From Raja brachyura (taxonomy: Eukaryota), in NCBI GenBank assembly GCA_963514005.1, contig OY740808.1:24428001-24492000 (forward strand): 64,000 nucleotides of DNA, written 5' to 3'. The position numbers and the translations under genes were made by a program. Within the stretch, counting starts at the first letter, position 1. The number at the start of each line of letters is the position of its first letter. The notes beneath the pieces were generated by a model. That model made no database searches and had not been told where the DNA came from. It saw only the letters and a list, made by a program, of their open reading frames with translations. Positions 43,201 through 53,538 of this stretch are shown here, in pieces.

Positions 43201-46200
43201 GGTAAAAAAAATCTGTCCAAATAACTGATGAACAGTTCCACATTTTATATAGAATGCTTGCAGATACTTGCACATGAAGATGAAAACTGATCCCCCCACT
43301 TGGAATTAATTGAGAAACTTATTGCATTTGGAACGTCACACTGTCTGAAATGGAAAAGACAAAGAATTGGAAATTCTGTCAATATTGCCGTGATCAATTA
43401 ATATCTTGTGTTTTAATGTTTCATAAAGGAGATGGAGAACTATTTCTATTACTCACAATTGCGCTATCAGCATATCAGTACCAGGGAGACCAGGAAGGTC
43501 TCGACTCATATTCCCCTGCAGGAGATTCCATTTATCATGAGGGCATTGGGATTCTATCCCACAGAGAAAGAGGTACGTTGTATACATTGATTCCAGAAAA
43601 TTACATGCAGTTCTAATATGTGTTTATGTGAAGTTCCTTGACAATGAAAGCTAAACCAAACACTAGGCTGAAGTATCATGCTGTAGAATTAAGACGGAAG
43701 GTCTTGGGCAAAGAAGTGATGGAACATTAAATTTGGATTGGTTCAAGAGAAACTCCAGATGTTTGAACCTGGGAAATGTGGGAAGCTACAGTGAAGTTAA
43801 AGAAGATTCAGTATAATGTAAATGATGTTTACAGCTTGTGAACAGTGTGAGAAATGTAGAACAGGATAAGATTGTTGTGTTAAAAGCTTGAACAGAACTA
43901 TAAGGTAAGAGCAGATAACAATTGATAAATGGTCTCAACTTTCCTTAGGAAGGTACCTTTACACAAGGTATTTAATTCATGAAAGACACTGTCTCCTACT
44001 AATGATCCTGTTGGTTTTCAGCAGATAAGATATCAATCATAACTTTTATTTCCATGTGCAGGTTGAGAACATGCTGAATGAGGTTAAATTCGGTAAATAT
44101 GTGGAAACAGGAAAATATGTAACGCATATTGATTTAGGTGATTTCATTAAACTGTATATAAATCATCGTCCAGCTTTTGGTATATCTGCTTCAGACCTGG
44201 AGAAAACATTTGATATTCTTGGTTATCAAAATGAGAAGGAAGAAAAAGCAATAGCCTTAGAAGAGCTACTACAACTGTTACAAACTAGAGGTAAGTCGAA
44301 GAATAATTGAAATAAGCGCTAAAATATTCACTAAATTAATAATGGTGTATTAAAAGTGGCTTTTTACAGAAATAAGTACTTAAACCTTTGTGGTAATGCC
44401 ATTATCCCCATTTTTCCATCGAACTTATTTTTAGATTGAGATTTGTAAATTATAATAACTTACCATGAAGAAAATGAATGGAAATAATTTAATTATGTAA
44501 ACTTAAAACAATAATTATAATTATTATGAACCCAGCAAGTGGATGGAGTTCCATTTCCTCTATTTAACTTTTATATGTGTTAAAAAAAGCGGAGTTGAAA
44601 ATATAATTGCATCGGATTTGCTTTGTTTCTGCCCATATCCAATCCAGGGAACACATTAGATAATGAATCTGTTTTTCACCTTGCTTTTTAGGTGAATGCA
44701 TGTCGGAGGAAGAAGTTGCAGAAACACTCTCCACACTGCTTGGCTTGAATCCAGAGGGAGGAAGTTCCGAATTTGATGCCATAGGTGCCAATTGTTTTGA
44801 TTTTGTTTCGCTTAATGCTTTCTCTATATTTAGATAGTTCCATTGCATTTACCATTGCTGTGGTCTTTTGATTCAGTAACATTTTAAATAAGAGAAATAA
44901 TGCACTGATGTTCCCAGATAAGGAATTTAGAACAAAAAATAAACTGCTGGAAGAACTCGGTGAATCAATCAGCATGGTTTAGCATGGTGGAGGCAAAGAG
45001 GCACGGTAGAGGCAAAGGTTTATTATTGTCACGTGTACTGAGGTAATGTACAATGAAAAGCTTTGTCTTGCATGCTATCCAATAAAATCAGTTTATACCA
45101 TACACAGACACAATTAGTTCAAACTAACAGATACCAAAAGTCTATTCAGCATCCATAGCACGAATCAGGCACATGTGGAATATTTTCCAGCTCCACAAGA
45201 TTGTGAAGCTTGATATGTTCAAGGTCAAAGTACATCACTTGATTGATCCACCACCATGAAAATTTGCTTACTCCATCAATGACACACTGTGGCTGCAGTA
45301 TGTGATCTATTAAATCTACTACAGTCACTTGGTTACTGGTCCATGATATTCCAGTAACACCTTTAAAAATTGTGATCAGCATCACCAAGAAAGACTAGAG
45401 CATCCAGCGCATGGAACGCCACCGTCTGCTGATTTCTGTCAAAGTCACAGACCATCCTGACTGGAAAATATATTTTCACAAAGTCTAAATACTAAAAATC
45501 CCAAATGTAATGGGAGAATCTTTACCGAAAGAGCAGTCAAACTTCAAGAATGTGGGAACTCCATCTAAGAAAAGCAATTGGAGATAAGCAATAAATGCTG
45601 ACCTTGCCTATAATACTTGCATCTCATATAATCAATAATTTAATAAAAACAAAATAATATTTTAGTTTATATGAATGTTGTCTGTTCAAAATGCATTTTT
45701 CTTCTATTTTTCCATTTTGCAAACATTTCACCAATGGATTAATCATACAGTACAATGACAAAAATATTAGGAAACCCCCTTCTTATCCTTTCATGCATTT
45801 ATCACAAAACTTGGGCAGAGAAAACTTTCAGCTTTCAGTTGCATTTGAGATTGTGCTGACTAATGTACCATCACAAATATAGATCCTGTGAATTTAAAGC
45901 CAAATGAAATTTTGCATCCATTGTGATCATAATTTATCTCAACTCATTGGAAGCAAACATATTCTGTAATTATTAAGGCAGTGTTTTCATTAAGCTATAG
46001 TCAATGTATAACTTAATTATTGGTTGTAAATTTTTTTTAACTGTTTTGCAACATAAATTAATAACTTCATTAAGAGCCTTGACTATTTGGTTTAAACCTG
46101 AGCAAGTTCAAAATCACACAACAATAGGAATCATATTATGTGCTTTGACTGAGTTGCAGTAGCAATAGTTGATAACAGCATAGAGCTAATGTTAACCACA

Positions 46201-49200
46201 TTAAATAGAAATAGTGCTGTCATTATTTCACACAGATCTAAATCAGATATTATACATCTGTGTATCATTTTTCTATGTTTCTATAACATTTTTACCTCCA
46301 ATATAATCAACGCAAATGTGCAAACAAAACCATAGGGCATGACAGATGTCATACCTTTACACATACATCACATGGATTGTAAAACCATCATTTCAGTATA
46401 TAACATAATCAGCATATGTCCCACAATTTGTCAGACCAAGATAAAATAACATTGAAGTTGCATGAATCGGGACTTCCGGTGGCGCTATGGAGTAGGAGGA
46501 ACTAGCGCCGTCCAGCTCCGTACAAATTGTATTAAAAACGGGAGAAAACGGGGTTATTTAAAGCTACTCACCAGAGAGGTACGTTTGTGAACGGCACCGG
46601 CAGCTAGATAAGGTCTGTGACATCATCAGGCGCGCGACTTTACCGGCGTTAATGTCGACTCAAAGGACCCCCCCCAAACCGAAAAAAACAGTGCTGAAAA
46701 GAGAAGTAGGCCCAGCTGAAGCCTCGGCCTCTAGTTTGACTGGCTCTCTGGAGGATATCCCAAGGAAGAAATCTGAAATGGAAGATCTGAAAACTACCAT
46801 TATGGGTGAGCTTAAAAAAATGAAAAAAGAATATAAAGAAGAATTTAAGTTACTCACAGCTGATATTGAAGTATTTAAAGAGCAAGTTAAAGAGGAATTG
46901 AAAAAAGAAGTTGTAACCACAGTAAGAATTATGATGGATGAATGGAAGATAAAAGCAGATGCTGATCTAAAACAACAGATGGACGAAGTAAATCACAAAG
47001 TTGGTGGTGTGGAACTCGCGGTTGATCTCAAGTTGGAATCTATTATAAGAACACTTGATCAACAACACGAGGTAATAAAGGAATTGACCAGTATTGCTGA
47101 CTCAAGTGCTAAGGCGAATGAGAAACTTCTCTCCGAGAACAAGCGTTTAACAGATTTATTGAATAAAATAACTGAGAAATGTATTGACTTGGAGGGAAGG
47201 CAACGGCGCAAGAACTTGCGTATCGTGGGCGTGCGTGAAGGCAAGGAGGGAGTACAAGACACCAGAGAGTTTGCTGCAAATCTTCTGAAAAATGTCTTGA
47301 ATCTGGAGCAAGCACCCCTGCTTGGCCGAGCGCACAGGGCACTGAGACGACGTCCAAAGACGGGTTCACCACCAAGACAACTGATTGTGAAGGTGGTCTA
47401 CGTTCATGTTTTGGAAGATATGATGAAGATAATAATTCGTAAGAAGAATCTGCTTTATGATGGCGACAAGATCAGCATATTCAGAGATTATCCTGCGGAA
47501 GTGGCCAAGAGAAGAGCCTTATTTACTGAAACAAGGCACATCCTCAGGAATATAAAGGGCCTGAAATATGGCCTGATGTATTCTGCCACATTACGAGTAA
47601 GCTATGAGAATAAAGAGCACCACTTCATTAAGCATACCGAAGCTCTTGAGTTCGCTCATAATATCGAGAAGGAGCTGGAAGACGAAGAAGGAGAAGCCGA
47701 GGGAACACAGAGAGAAGATGAAGATGAGGATGAAGAATAATGAACTTGAATCATATTCAACACTTACCTGATGCCGATGTTTACCCAGCAAGAAGGAGGA
47801 AGAATGATGAACTTTTAAAATCATTGGACATGGAGAGCATAATGATTATTAATAATAAATTAATATACAATAGTAATAGTTTAGTACTAACCATTATTTA
47901 CAAATGTATGTTACTCCTCCTTAAACAATTTAAAACGATAGTAGTAGTTAAAATAATAAAGCATTAATAAGTATAGAAATGTAACGCCCCGCCCCTAAAT
48001 ATATTGCCCTTAAGGCATTTACGGAGCTGGAATTATAAACATCTTTTTTTTTCCCCAACGGAAGTCCGTAGATTAATAGCCACGCTAGTGTGGCTTACAC
48101 TAATCACACTTAACGTAGTAATAGACACTTTTTTTCCCCTGCACTTTTCTACTAATATTATTAACTTTTTTTATTTTTATTTTTATATTGTTTTTTTTAT
48201 ATGTTATACGTTGAATTATATTATTTTACTTATGAATGGTATTATACAGTAGACTGGAGGAGATACGTATGTCAGATAAAGTTATTAGTATTAACATTTG
48301 TTGATCACAAACTAGGGTACGAAATTGGGATGTATATGCTGAGACATCTACCTCATTATAATCCACCATAATACCAAAATGCAAGACATTAATAGGAAAA
48401 AGGGGGGTGATGGAATCACCTTCTGTAGTTGGAATGTAAAAGGTATAAATGAACCAATTAAAAGAGGTAAGGTTTTGGCACAATTAAATAGAATGAAAAC
48501 AGACATAATTTATCGTCAAGAGACCCATTTAAAAAAGGACGCACAATATAGATTAACGGCAAATTGGATTTCTAGGGTGTACCATTCATCATTTACTCAT
48601 AAATCTCGAGGAGTTGCCATACTTATTCGTAAGGGTATTCAATTTAAACATAGTTCAATAATAGAAGATCCTGAAGGTAGATACATAATAGTTACTGGTG
48701 AACTATACTCGAAGAAGGTTGTACTTATGAATATATATATGGACCTAATTTTGATAATCCGCTGTTTTTTAAGAAAATATTCAACACTATTCCTATAGTA
48801 ACACAGCACAATTTAATAATTGGGGGTGACATAAATTGCACTTTGGATAATTATTTAGATTGGGGGTGACATAAATTGCACTTTGGATAATTATTTAGAT
48901 AGATCATCAACTAAAAGGAAGGCTATATCTAAATCAAGTGAATTCATAAATTTGTTTATTAGTTCAGCTAATGTCAAGGATATTTGGAGAAATGATAATC
49001 CCAATGGTCGAGAATACTCATTTTACTCTCCGGTATTTGGAACTTATTCTAGGATAGATTATTTTCTAATAGATTCAAAGCTTGTCCCATTTACGTATGA
49101 TTCTAAATATCATAATATTATTATCTCGGATCATGCTCCATTAACATTCAAGATTAATTTAAAGGGTATAACTAATAGATATTCGCAATGGAGATTTAAT

Positions 49201-52200
49201 CCTCAAATATTAAATGATAAGGCTTGTTATGATTATCAGGTTAAACAGATTGAATTATTTTTTGAGACTAATGATAAACCTGGAATTTCATCTTCTCTTT
49301 TATGGGACACATTTAAAGCTTTTATACGGGGTGCTATAATATCTGTGCAGGCACATCTGAATAAGGAAAACCGAAAGATTCAACAGAATTTGGAAAATAA
49401 AATAAGGCAGTTGGACATGGAAAATGCTGTGTCTCCATCTAGGGTTATACATAACAAAATTGCAACATTAAAATATAAGTTAAATGAGATACAATCAAAG
49501 TATGTTATGAAACTTTTTCAAAAGACCAAACAAGTATATTTTGAATTCGGGGATAAACCACATAAATTGTTAGCTCGTCAACTAAGAAAATCAGATGAAG
49601 AAAAAATGATATCTAAGGTCAGATCTGAACAAGGAGAAATATTAACTTTACCAAAAGACATTAATGATAGATTCCAACAATACTATCAAAAACTTTATAC
49701 ATCAAAGGTGATGGATCAATCCGATGGAATGGAAGCATTTCCCCAGGAATGTCAGATTAAGACATTGAGGAATCAATTAGATCATTGAAGAACGGTAAAG
49801 CTGCAGGCCCCGACGGTTTGGGTGTTCAATTTTATAAGAAGTTTCATGATTTGATCGCCCCACGGCTACAAACTATATATAAAGATGCCTATGAGCAAGA
49901 ACAGCTTCCAGAAACCCTAAAAGAATCAACAATTACACTTATTCCTAAAGCAGGTAAAGATCTAGAAGACCCAGGATCATATAGAGCAATAGCTCTTTTA
50001 AATACAGATCGAAAAATATTAACAAAAATTTTATCTCAAAGGTTAAGTTTAGTGATCAATAAATTAATACATCATGATCAGACAGGTTTTATTCCTAAAC
50101 GATATTCCACTTAGAATTTAAGACGTCTATTTAATATCATTTATTCGAAAAGAGTGAATGATATTGAATTAGCATTTATATCCCTGGATGCGGAAAAGGC
50201 GTTTGACCAGGTCGAATGGCCTTACTTATTTAGGATAATGCAGAAATTTCAACTGGGAGAAGGATTTTGCAAATGGGTTAGAATTTTATATTCTGGCCCA
50301 ACAGCAAGAATCCTAACAAATCAAATGTTATCAGCAAAATTTAATCTTTCTAGGGGTTGTAGACAAGGTTGTTCGTTATCACCCTTATTATTTGCACTCG
50401 CTATAGAATTGTTGGCCGAAAGGATTAGATCAGAACCAGAAATTTATGGATACAATACTAAAACCACAATTAACAAAATATCTTTATATGCAGACGATGT
50501 TTTGATATACATAACAAAACCGGAGATTAGTATTCCTAAATTACTTGATGTTATAACTGAATTTAGTATGTTCTCAGGATATAGAATTAACTGGAATAAA
50601 AGTGAAATTATGCCTATAACAGGAATAAAATTGAATAAATTACAAAAATTTCCATTTAAAATAGTTAATAATCAAATGAAATATCTTGGAATTAATGTAT
50701 CAAAATCTTATAATTCTTTATTTAAATCAAATTTCCCCCAATTACTAAATAAATTAAAAAATAATATCTTATATTGGAAAACATTACCGATATCAATGAT
50801 TGGCAGAATAAATGCCATTAAAATGATTTTTTTGCCACAATTACTATATTTATTTCAAGCCATCCCGCTATATCTTCCTAAAAATTTTTTTTTAAAAATT
50901 GATTCCATTGTCAACAGCTTTATTTGGGATTATAAAAATCACAGAATAAGTAAAATACACTTATGTAAATCTAAGATAAATGGTGGCCTAGCCCTACCTA
51001 ACTTTTTATATTATTTTTGTGCGGTTCAGATTAAGAACTTTAATTATTGATTGGTACATATGGAACAGGACCCGGTTTGGTTAAGAATAGAAAAGGAAGA
51101 TTGTTTACCATTCGATATAAGTACAATACTCCTTGCCCCAAGGGTGGTACAAAAAAAACATATAAGGAAAATCCTATAATTTTAAATAATATACGTATTT
51201 GGAAACAAATCATTAAGACTTTACATTTAGAAACTATGCCGCTTTGTTTACCAATTATGAATAATCCTCTGTTTAAGCCCTCGACATTGGATGTGGGGTT
51301 CAGACATTGGAAAAATTTAGGAATAATAAGGATAGAACATCTTTACAGGAATGGGAAATTTCTCTCATTTCAGGAGTTGAAAGAGATTTATGGATTGCAA
51401 GCAACTAATTTATTTAGATATTTACAAATCAGAGATTATGTCAAATTAAATACGCAAGATTACAGAAATAGAGATCCAGGTTTACTGGATGAAGTACTTA
51501 ATAAGCATCCAAACACAGAAAAATTAATAGCATATATATATATAACATTCTTTTGGACAGGGAAATACCAACAACTGAATCATTTCGACAAAAATGGGAA
51601 AATGAAACTGGTTTACCGATATCAGAAGATTTTTGGGAAGAAAGCTTACAACGAATTCATCGCTGTTCGTTAAATGCCAGACATACTTTGATACAATTCA
51701 AAGCATTACATAGATTACATTACTCAAAAAAGAAATTAAATAGAATTTTTCCTAATATATCACCATTGTGTGATAAATGTCAGCACATAGAAGCTGATTT
51801 AACTCATAGTTTTGTAATATGTACAAAACTTAATAGTTATTGGATTGAGATTTTCAAAATTATTTCCATAGTTCTTAAGATTACATTAATTCCTGACCCA
51901 AAATTAATAATATTTGGTGTTTCAGATTCAAATCAAACATTAACAACAAATCAAATAAACTTTCTGGATTATTGTTTAATAATTGGAAAAAAATTAATAT
52001 TAACATTTTGGAAGGGACCATTATCCCCTACAATTAAAATGTGGACAGTGGAAATGTTGGAGACGTTGCAATTGGAGAGAATTAGGTTTATCCTAATGGA
52101 TAAACATGAGCTTTTTGAACAAATATGGTCTCCATTCACTGATTATATGAAGGGGTAGCTGGGCTCAGCATTGAAACTCAATAAGTACCCGGTGGTAAGA

Positions 52201-53538
52201 TCAAACGAAAATGTTTAATCTGAGATTTATATACTTGTCTCCATATATTATAATTAGAAATTGTTCCATTCATTGATAAGATGTATACTGGTTTTTTTTT
52301 CATTAAGTATAATAATTGTTTATTAGTTATGTTTTTTCCTTTTTTTTTCTAATCTTTTTCTCTTCCAATCAAAATTATAATCACACTCTTTAAATTATTC
52401 TCTATTCTTTCTTTATTCTTTTTTTTTCTCTTTTTCACACTATTTAAAAAATTGAGGCCTATATATATGGCTTGGTAATATTTATATAATTTTGGAAAGA
52501 TGTAATATGTATATCTGAAAAAAATTATCATATTATTTGTAATACGTATGGCCTCTAATAAAAATATATTTAAAAAAAAAAGAAGTTGCATGAATCATTT
52601 CTTCTACAGTAAAACCAAAAGAAAAGCAAATGAAATAAAAATCCTTCACTTTGTTCTAAATTCTGGATAGAAATATCTAATCACGAGATTCATGGGAGAT
52701 GAGTAAATCTAACCTTTGGCAATTGTAATGCAGAGATATATTCCAGGGAAGATAGAATCCTTCCACTATATTTTGGGAAGGATTGGAAAGATCTTTTAAA
52801 ATCAAGGTCACAACCTACAGGATGTTTTTTCCTGAATGCTAGATGTACTGAATAAAGTATGCAAATACAATCACAAACTAAAATCTGAACAGGAGTCCCG
52901 ACCTGAAACGTTGCTTATCCATTTCCTCCACACATGCTGCCTCACATGCTGAGCTACTCCAGCACTTGTAAAAACAAGGAACTGTTGATGCTGGTATACA
53001 CAAAAGGACGCAAAGTGCTGGAGTAACTCAGTGGGTCATGAGAACATGGATATGATGTTTTGGGTCAAGAAACTTTTTCAGACTGATTGTGGGGGGGGGG
53101 AGGGGGAGGGGGGGGGGAGAACAAAGCATAGCTACCTATTACCTATTACAACCATGCTTTGTCCTGCATCTCCACTCTCATAGTTTACACTCCCCCAACC
53201 CCCACAATCAGTCTGAGGGGTCCCGACCTGAAATGTCACCTATCGATGTTCTACAGAGATGCTGCCTGAAACACATTCTGTGTCCTTTTATTCCAGCATT
53301 TCATGCTTATGTCAAAGCAAGAAAGCAAAAGTTGTAAATGTTAAAAAACACAAAATTATTAAACTCATTTTGCTTCTGTTGTTTGGGTTTGATAGGTGCA
53401 ACAAAATTGCTCGAACAGCAACTTCCGCAGGAGATGACAAACGAAGTTTTTGTTTATGAGGTATTGGGGTTCCCCCGCAATATACCTGTAAACCCTTGTG
53501 ATGAGGTGATGAATATGACTGCAGATCCATCAACATAA
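3654..53538 (+). CDS. CFAP251: CFAP251/WDR66 whole spliced CDS span, 21 coding exons, ~1169 aa (acidic N-terminus, WD40 repeats, C-terminal EF-hand-like region)
   Basis: Exon translations match recalled WDR66 motifs in order ([66 protein letters not shown]); all splice phases are compatible; exon lengths sum to 3510 nt with no internal stop seen. Confidence 0.96.
5472..5723 (+). CDS. CFAP251: CFAP251 coding exon 2 (RAKDDLG...IKQNSL)
   Basis: ttgctttacag acceptor, TTG|gtaaga donor, 252 nt open, phase 0/0. Confidence 0.8.
6680..6850 (+). repeat. G-rich minisatellite, ~28 bp unit (GTGGAAGAGAGGCCATGGGGGAGGGGCG), ~5 copies
   Basis: Directly visible tandem copies. Confidence 0.85.
7364..7504 (+). 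CDS. CFAP251: CFAP251 coding exon 3 ([15 protein letters not shown]...RQHLLQ), GC donor
   Basis: ttttaatag acceptor; 141 nt; ends CAG|gcaagt. Confidence 0.9.
7930..8680 (+). mobile_element. degenerate LINE 3' fragment (Rex-Babar/L2-like)
   Basis: [21 protein letters not shown] and [13 protein letters not shown] motifs; AATAATAAA tail. Confidence 0.7.
9023..9132 (+). CDS. CFAP251: CFAP251 coding exon 4 ([22 protein letters not shown]...WDTFSG)
   Basis: WD40 GH...WD repeat; ttctttag / gtaagt; 110 nt, phase 0/2. Confidence 0.93.
11169..11277 (+). CDS. CFAP251: CFAP251 coding exon 5 ([14 protein letters not shown]...[15 protein letters not shown])
   Basis: ttgcag / gtacat; 109 nt, phase 2/0. 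Confidence 0.93.
13397..13477 (+). CDS. CFAP251: CFAP251 coding exon 6 ([27 protein letters not shown])
   Basis: cttttaag / gtatgg; 81 nt, phase 0/0. Confidence 0.9.
15033..15110 (+). CDS. CFAP251: CFAP251 coding exon 7 ([26 protein letters not shown])
   Basis: ttcttttag / gtgagt; 78 nt, phase 0/0. Confidence 0.92.
15813..16390. mobile_element. PIF/Harbinger-type MITE inserted in an old minus-strand CR1 fragment (~15580-16680)
   Basis: Perfect 35 bp TIRs AGGGCCTGTCCCACCAGCATGCAACTCTATGCGAT (15813-15847, 16356-16390); TTA TSD on both sides; CpG-rich interior. Confidence 0.9.
16821..18506 (+). mobile_element. 5'-truncated L1-clade LINE (ORF2 C-terminus, 3' UTR, A-rich tail)
   Basis: [15 protein letters not shown]...CDKC..H...WSPF homologous to 50820-52158; flanked by TAAAATGCAA(G/C)ATGTA at 16805-16820 and 18507-18522 (TSD, one mismatch). 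Confidence 0.9.
18788..18832 (+). CDS. CFAP251: CFAP251 coding exon 8, small ([15 protein letters not shown])
   Basis: cctttag / gtaagt; 45 nt, phase 0/0; resembles the recalled human segment APLLTEK. Confidence 0.85.
19030..20150 (+). mobile_element. CR1-type LINE, 5'-truncated
   Basis: [31 protein letters not shown] motifs with stops; (CTATTGT)-type tail. Confidence 0.92.
20780..20994 (+). CDS. CFAP251: CFAP251 coding exon 9 ([16 protein letters not shown]...[10 protein letters not shown])
   Basis: cattcacag / gtaagg; 215 nt, phase 0/2. Confidence 0.93.
21563..21800. repeat. degenerate ~34 bp minisatellite
   Basis: Recurrent CTTTAACACACTGGGxCxxATTTCC-like units. Confidence 0.55.
22200..23190 (-). 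mobile_element. possible decayed 5' end/ORF1 (SGNH-esterase-like) of a CR1/L2 LINE
   Basis: GC/CpG-elevated block; minus-strand remnants [11 protein letters not shown] and DNVACF...LFIPNDI*LNPM loosely resemble esterase-type ORF1 blocks. Confidence 0.3.
24788..24982 (+). CDS. CFAP251: CFAP251 coding exon 10 ([15 protein letters not shown]...QQFVVR)
   Basis: attacag / gttaat; 195 nt, phase 2/2. Confidence 0.93.
26286..26575 (+). mobile_element. tRNA-derived SINE
   Basis: A-box-like GCAGCTGATAGAGC, core TGTCTGTGTGGAGTTTGCAC, LINE-like tail GGGCCTGTTTCCATGCT; similar to 62958-63240. Confidence 0.8.
26801..27051 (+). CDS. CFAP251: CFAP251 coding exon 11 ([11 protein letters not shown]...LKVWDYENK...YNKA)
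   Basis: ccatgtag / gtatga; 251 nt, phase 2/1. Confidence 0.93.
27851..32389 (-). mobile_element. DIRS1-type tyrosine-recombinase retrotransposon, complete termini, decayed ORFs (gag, RT, RNase H, methyltransferase-like, YR)
   Basis: [10 protein letters not shown] (30383-30721); RNase [15 protein letters not shown] plus DLFAS...FPPF...[10 protein letters not shown] (29429-30061); [32 protein letters not shown] (28420-29372); inverted termini (27923-27949 vs 32329-32360) and ICR at 28075-28178. Confidence 0.95.
32440..33600 (+). mobile_element. CpG-rich non-autonomous retroelement with L2-like tail, interrupted by the hammerhead cluster
   Basis: GC-rich body without a credible ORF, ending CACATGTGACAAATAAA(TGTATCT)n. 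Confidence 0.5.
32542..32810. repeat. cluster of Penelope-type short repeats with hammerhead-ribozyme cores (one inverted, two tandem)
   Basis: CTGAAGA-AGGGTTTCGGCC(C/T)-GAAACGTT at 32681 and 32718 (+) and a reverse copy within 32542-32636; 95 bp inverted repeat with 2 mismatches. Confidence 0.8.
33670..34210 (-). mobile_element. degenerate Rex-Babar/L2-like LINE fragment
   Basis: LPTIERIY...NIIKSPHHP motif on the minus strand. Confidence 0.65.
34422..34573 (+). CDS. CFAP251: CFAP251 coding exon 12 ([11 protein letters not shown]...[11 protein letters not shown])
   Basis: ttccatag / gtgagt; 152 nt, phase 1/0. Confidence 0.93.
35430..35591 (+). CDS. CFAP251: CFAP251 coding exon 13 (DSKTTVTVF...[12 protein letters not shown])
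   Basis: gttgcag / gtaagt; 162 nt, phase 0/0. Confidence 0.93.
36674..36858 (+). CDS. CFAP251: CFAP251 coding exon 14 (VEYDLEN...WYPPITKE...NATTNMCR)
   Basis: ttcctcag / gtttgt; 185 nt, phase 0/2. Confidence 0.93.
37592..37706 (+). CDS. CFAP251: CFAP251 coding exon 15 ([11 protein letters not shown]...YITDNK)
   Basis: tctccacag / gtatac; 115 nt, phase 2/0. Confidence 0.93.
37960..39800. mobile_element. unclassified non-autonomous interspersed element, termini not resolved
   Basis: CpG-rich ends around an AT-rich core, unlike the surrounding intron; no TIR/TSD found. Confidence 0.35.
39565..39660 (-). repeat. Penelope-type short repeat with hammerhead core
   Basis: Minus strand CAGTCTGAAGAAGGGTTTCGGCCTGAAACGTTGCCTATCTCC, close to 32542-32636. 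Confidence 0.8.
40444..40607 (+). CDS. CFAP251: CFAP251 coding exon 16 ([14 protein letters not shown]...WKVDLE)
   Basis: gtccag / gtaagt; 164 nt, phase 0/2. Confidence 0.94.
42707..42797 (+). CDS. CFAP251: CFAP251 coding exon 17 ([30 protein letters not shown])
   Basis: ttaaag / gtaata; 91 nt, phase 2/0. Confidence 0.93.
43429..43572 (+). CDS. CFAP251: CFAP251 coding exon 18 ([12 protein letters not shown]...[12 protein letters not shown])
   Basis: cataaag / gtacgt; 144 nt, phase 0/0. Confidence 0.94.
44062..44290 (+). CDS. CFAP251: CFAP251 coding exon 19 ([11 protein letters not shown]...LLQTR), EF-hand-like region
   Basis: gtgcag / gtaagt; 229 nt, phase 0/1. Confidence 0.94.
44692..44784 (+). 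CDS. CFAP251: CFAP251 coding exon 20 ([31 protein letters not shown])
   Basis: cttttag acceptor; weak donor TAG|gtgcca, so the 3' end is less certain; 93 nt, phase 1/1. Confidence 0.85.
46652..47740 (+). CDS. L1 ORF1p (coiled coil, RRM, CTD), 362 aa
   Basis: Uninterrupted ORF with [20 protein letters not shown] and IFRDY motifs. Confidence 0.88.
   Translation: MSTQRTPPKPKKTVLKREVGPAEASASSLTGSLEDIPRKKSEMEDLKTTIMGELKKMKKEYKEEFKLLTADIEVFKEQVKEELKKEVVTTVRIMMDEWKIKADADLKQQMDEVNHKVGGVELAVDLKLESIIRTLDQQHEVIKELTSIADSSAKANEKLLSENKRLTDLLNKITEKCIDLEGRQRRKNLRIVGVREGKEGVQDTREFAANLLKNVLNLEQAPLLGRAHRALRRRPKTGSPPRQLIVKVVYVHVLEDMMKIIIRKKNLLYDGDKISIFRDYPAEVAKRRALFTETRHILRNIKGLKYGLMYSATLRVSYENKEHHFIKHTEALEFAHNIEKELEDEEGEAEGTQREDEDEDEE
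48379..52158 (+). pseudogene. L1 ORF2 (EN-RT), broken by several frameshifts/stops
   Basis: Six ORF pieces in changing frames that together cover EN, RT and the C-terminus. Confidence 0.9.
52883..53300. repeat. cluster of degenerate Penelope-type short repeats in alternating orientation
   Basis: GTCCCGACCTGAAACGTT..., AAAGTGCTGGAGTAACTCAG..., CAGTCTGAGGGGTCCCGACCTGAAATGTC. Confidence 0.7.
53396..53538 (+). CDS. CFAP251: CFAP251 last coding exon ([26 protein letters not shown]...DPST*)
   Basis: tttgatag acceptor, phase 1; resembles the recalled human C-terminus [21 protein letters not shown]; TAA ends 53538. Confidence 0.88.

Larger units (their letters stand above)
46469..52581 (+). mobile_element. 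full-length L1-clade LINE in the last CFAP251 intron (ORF1 open, ORF2 disrupted)
   Basis: 15 bp TSD GAAGTTGCATGAATC (46454-46468, 52582-52596); AATAAA + poly(A); ORF2 pieces with APE (SWNVKG, QETH, SRIDYF, SDH), RT ([20 protein letters not shown]) and CCHC-like end. Confidence 0.96.

Noticed and set aside
44785-44793. Alternative donor 9 nt downstream that would match the recalled human length
   Set aside because: ATT|GTTTTG is a much poorer donor than TAG|GTGCCA; needs RNA data.
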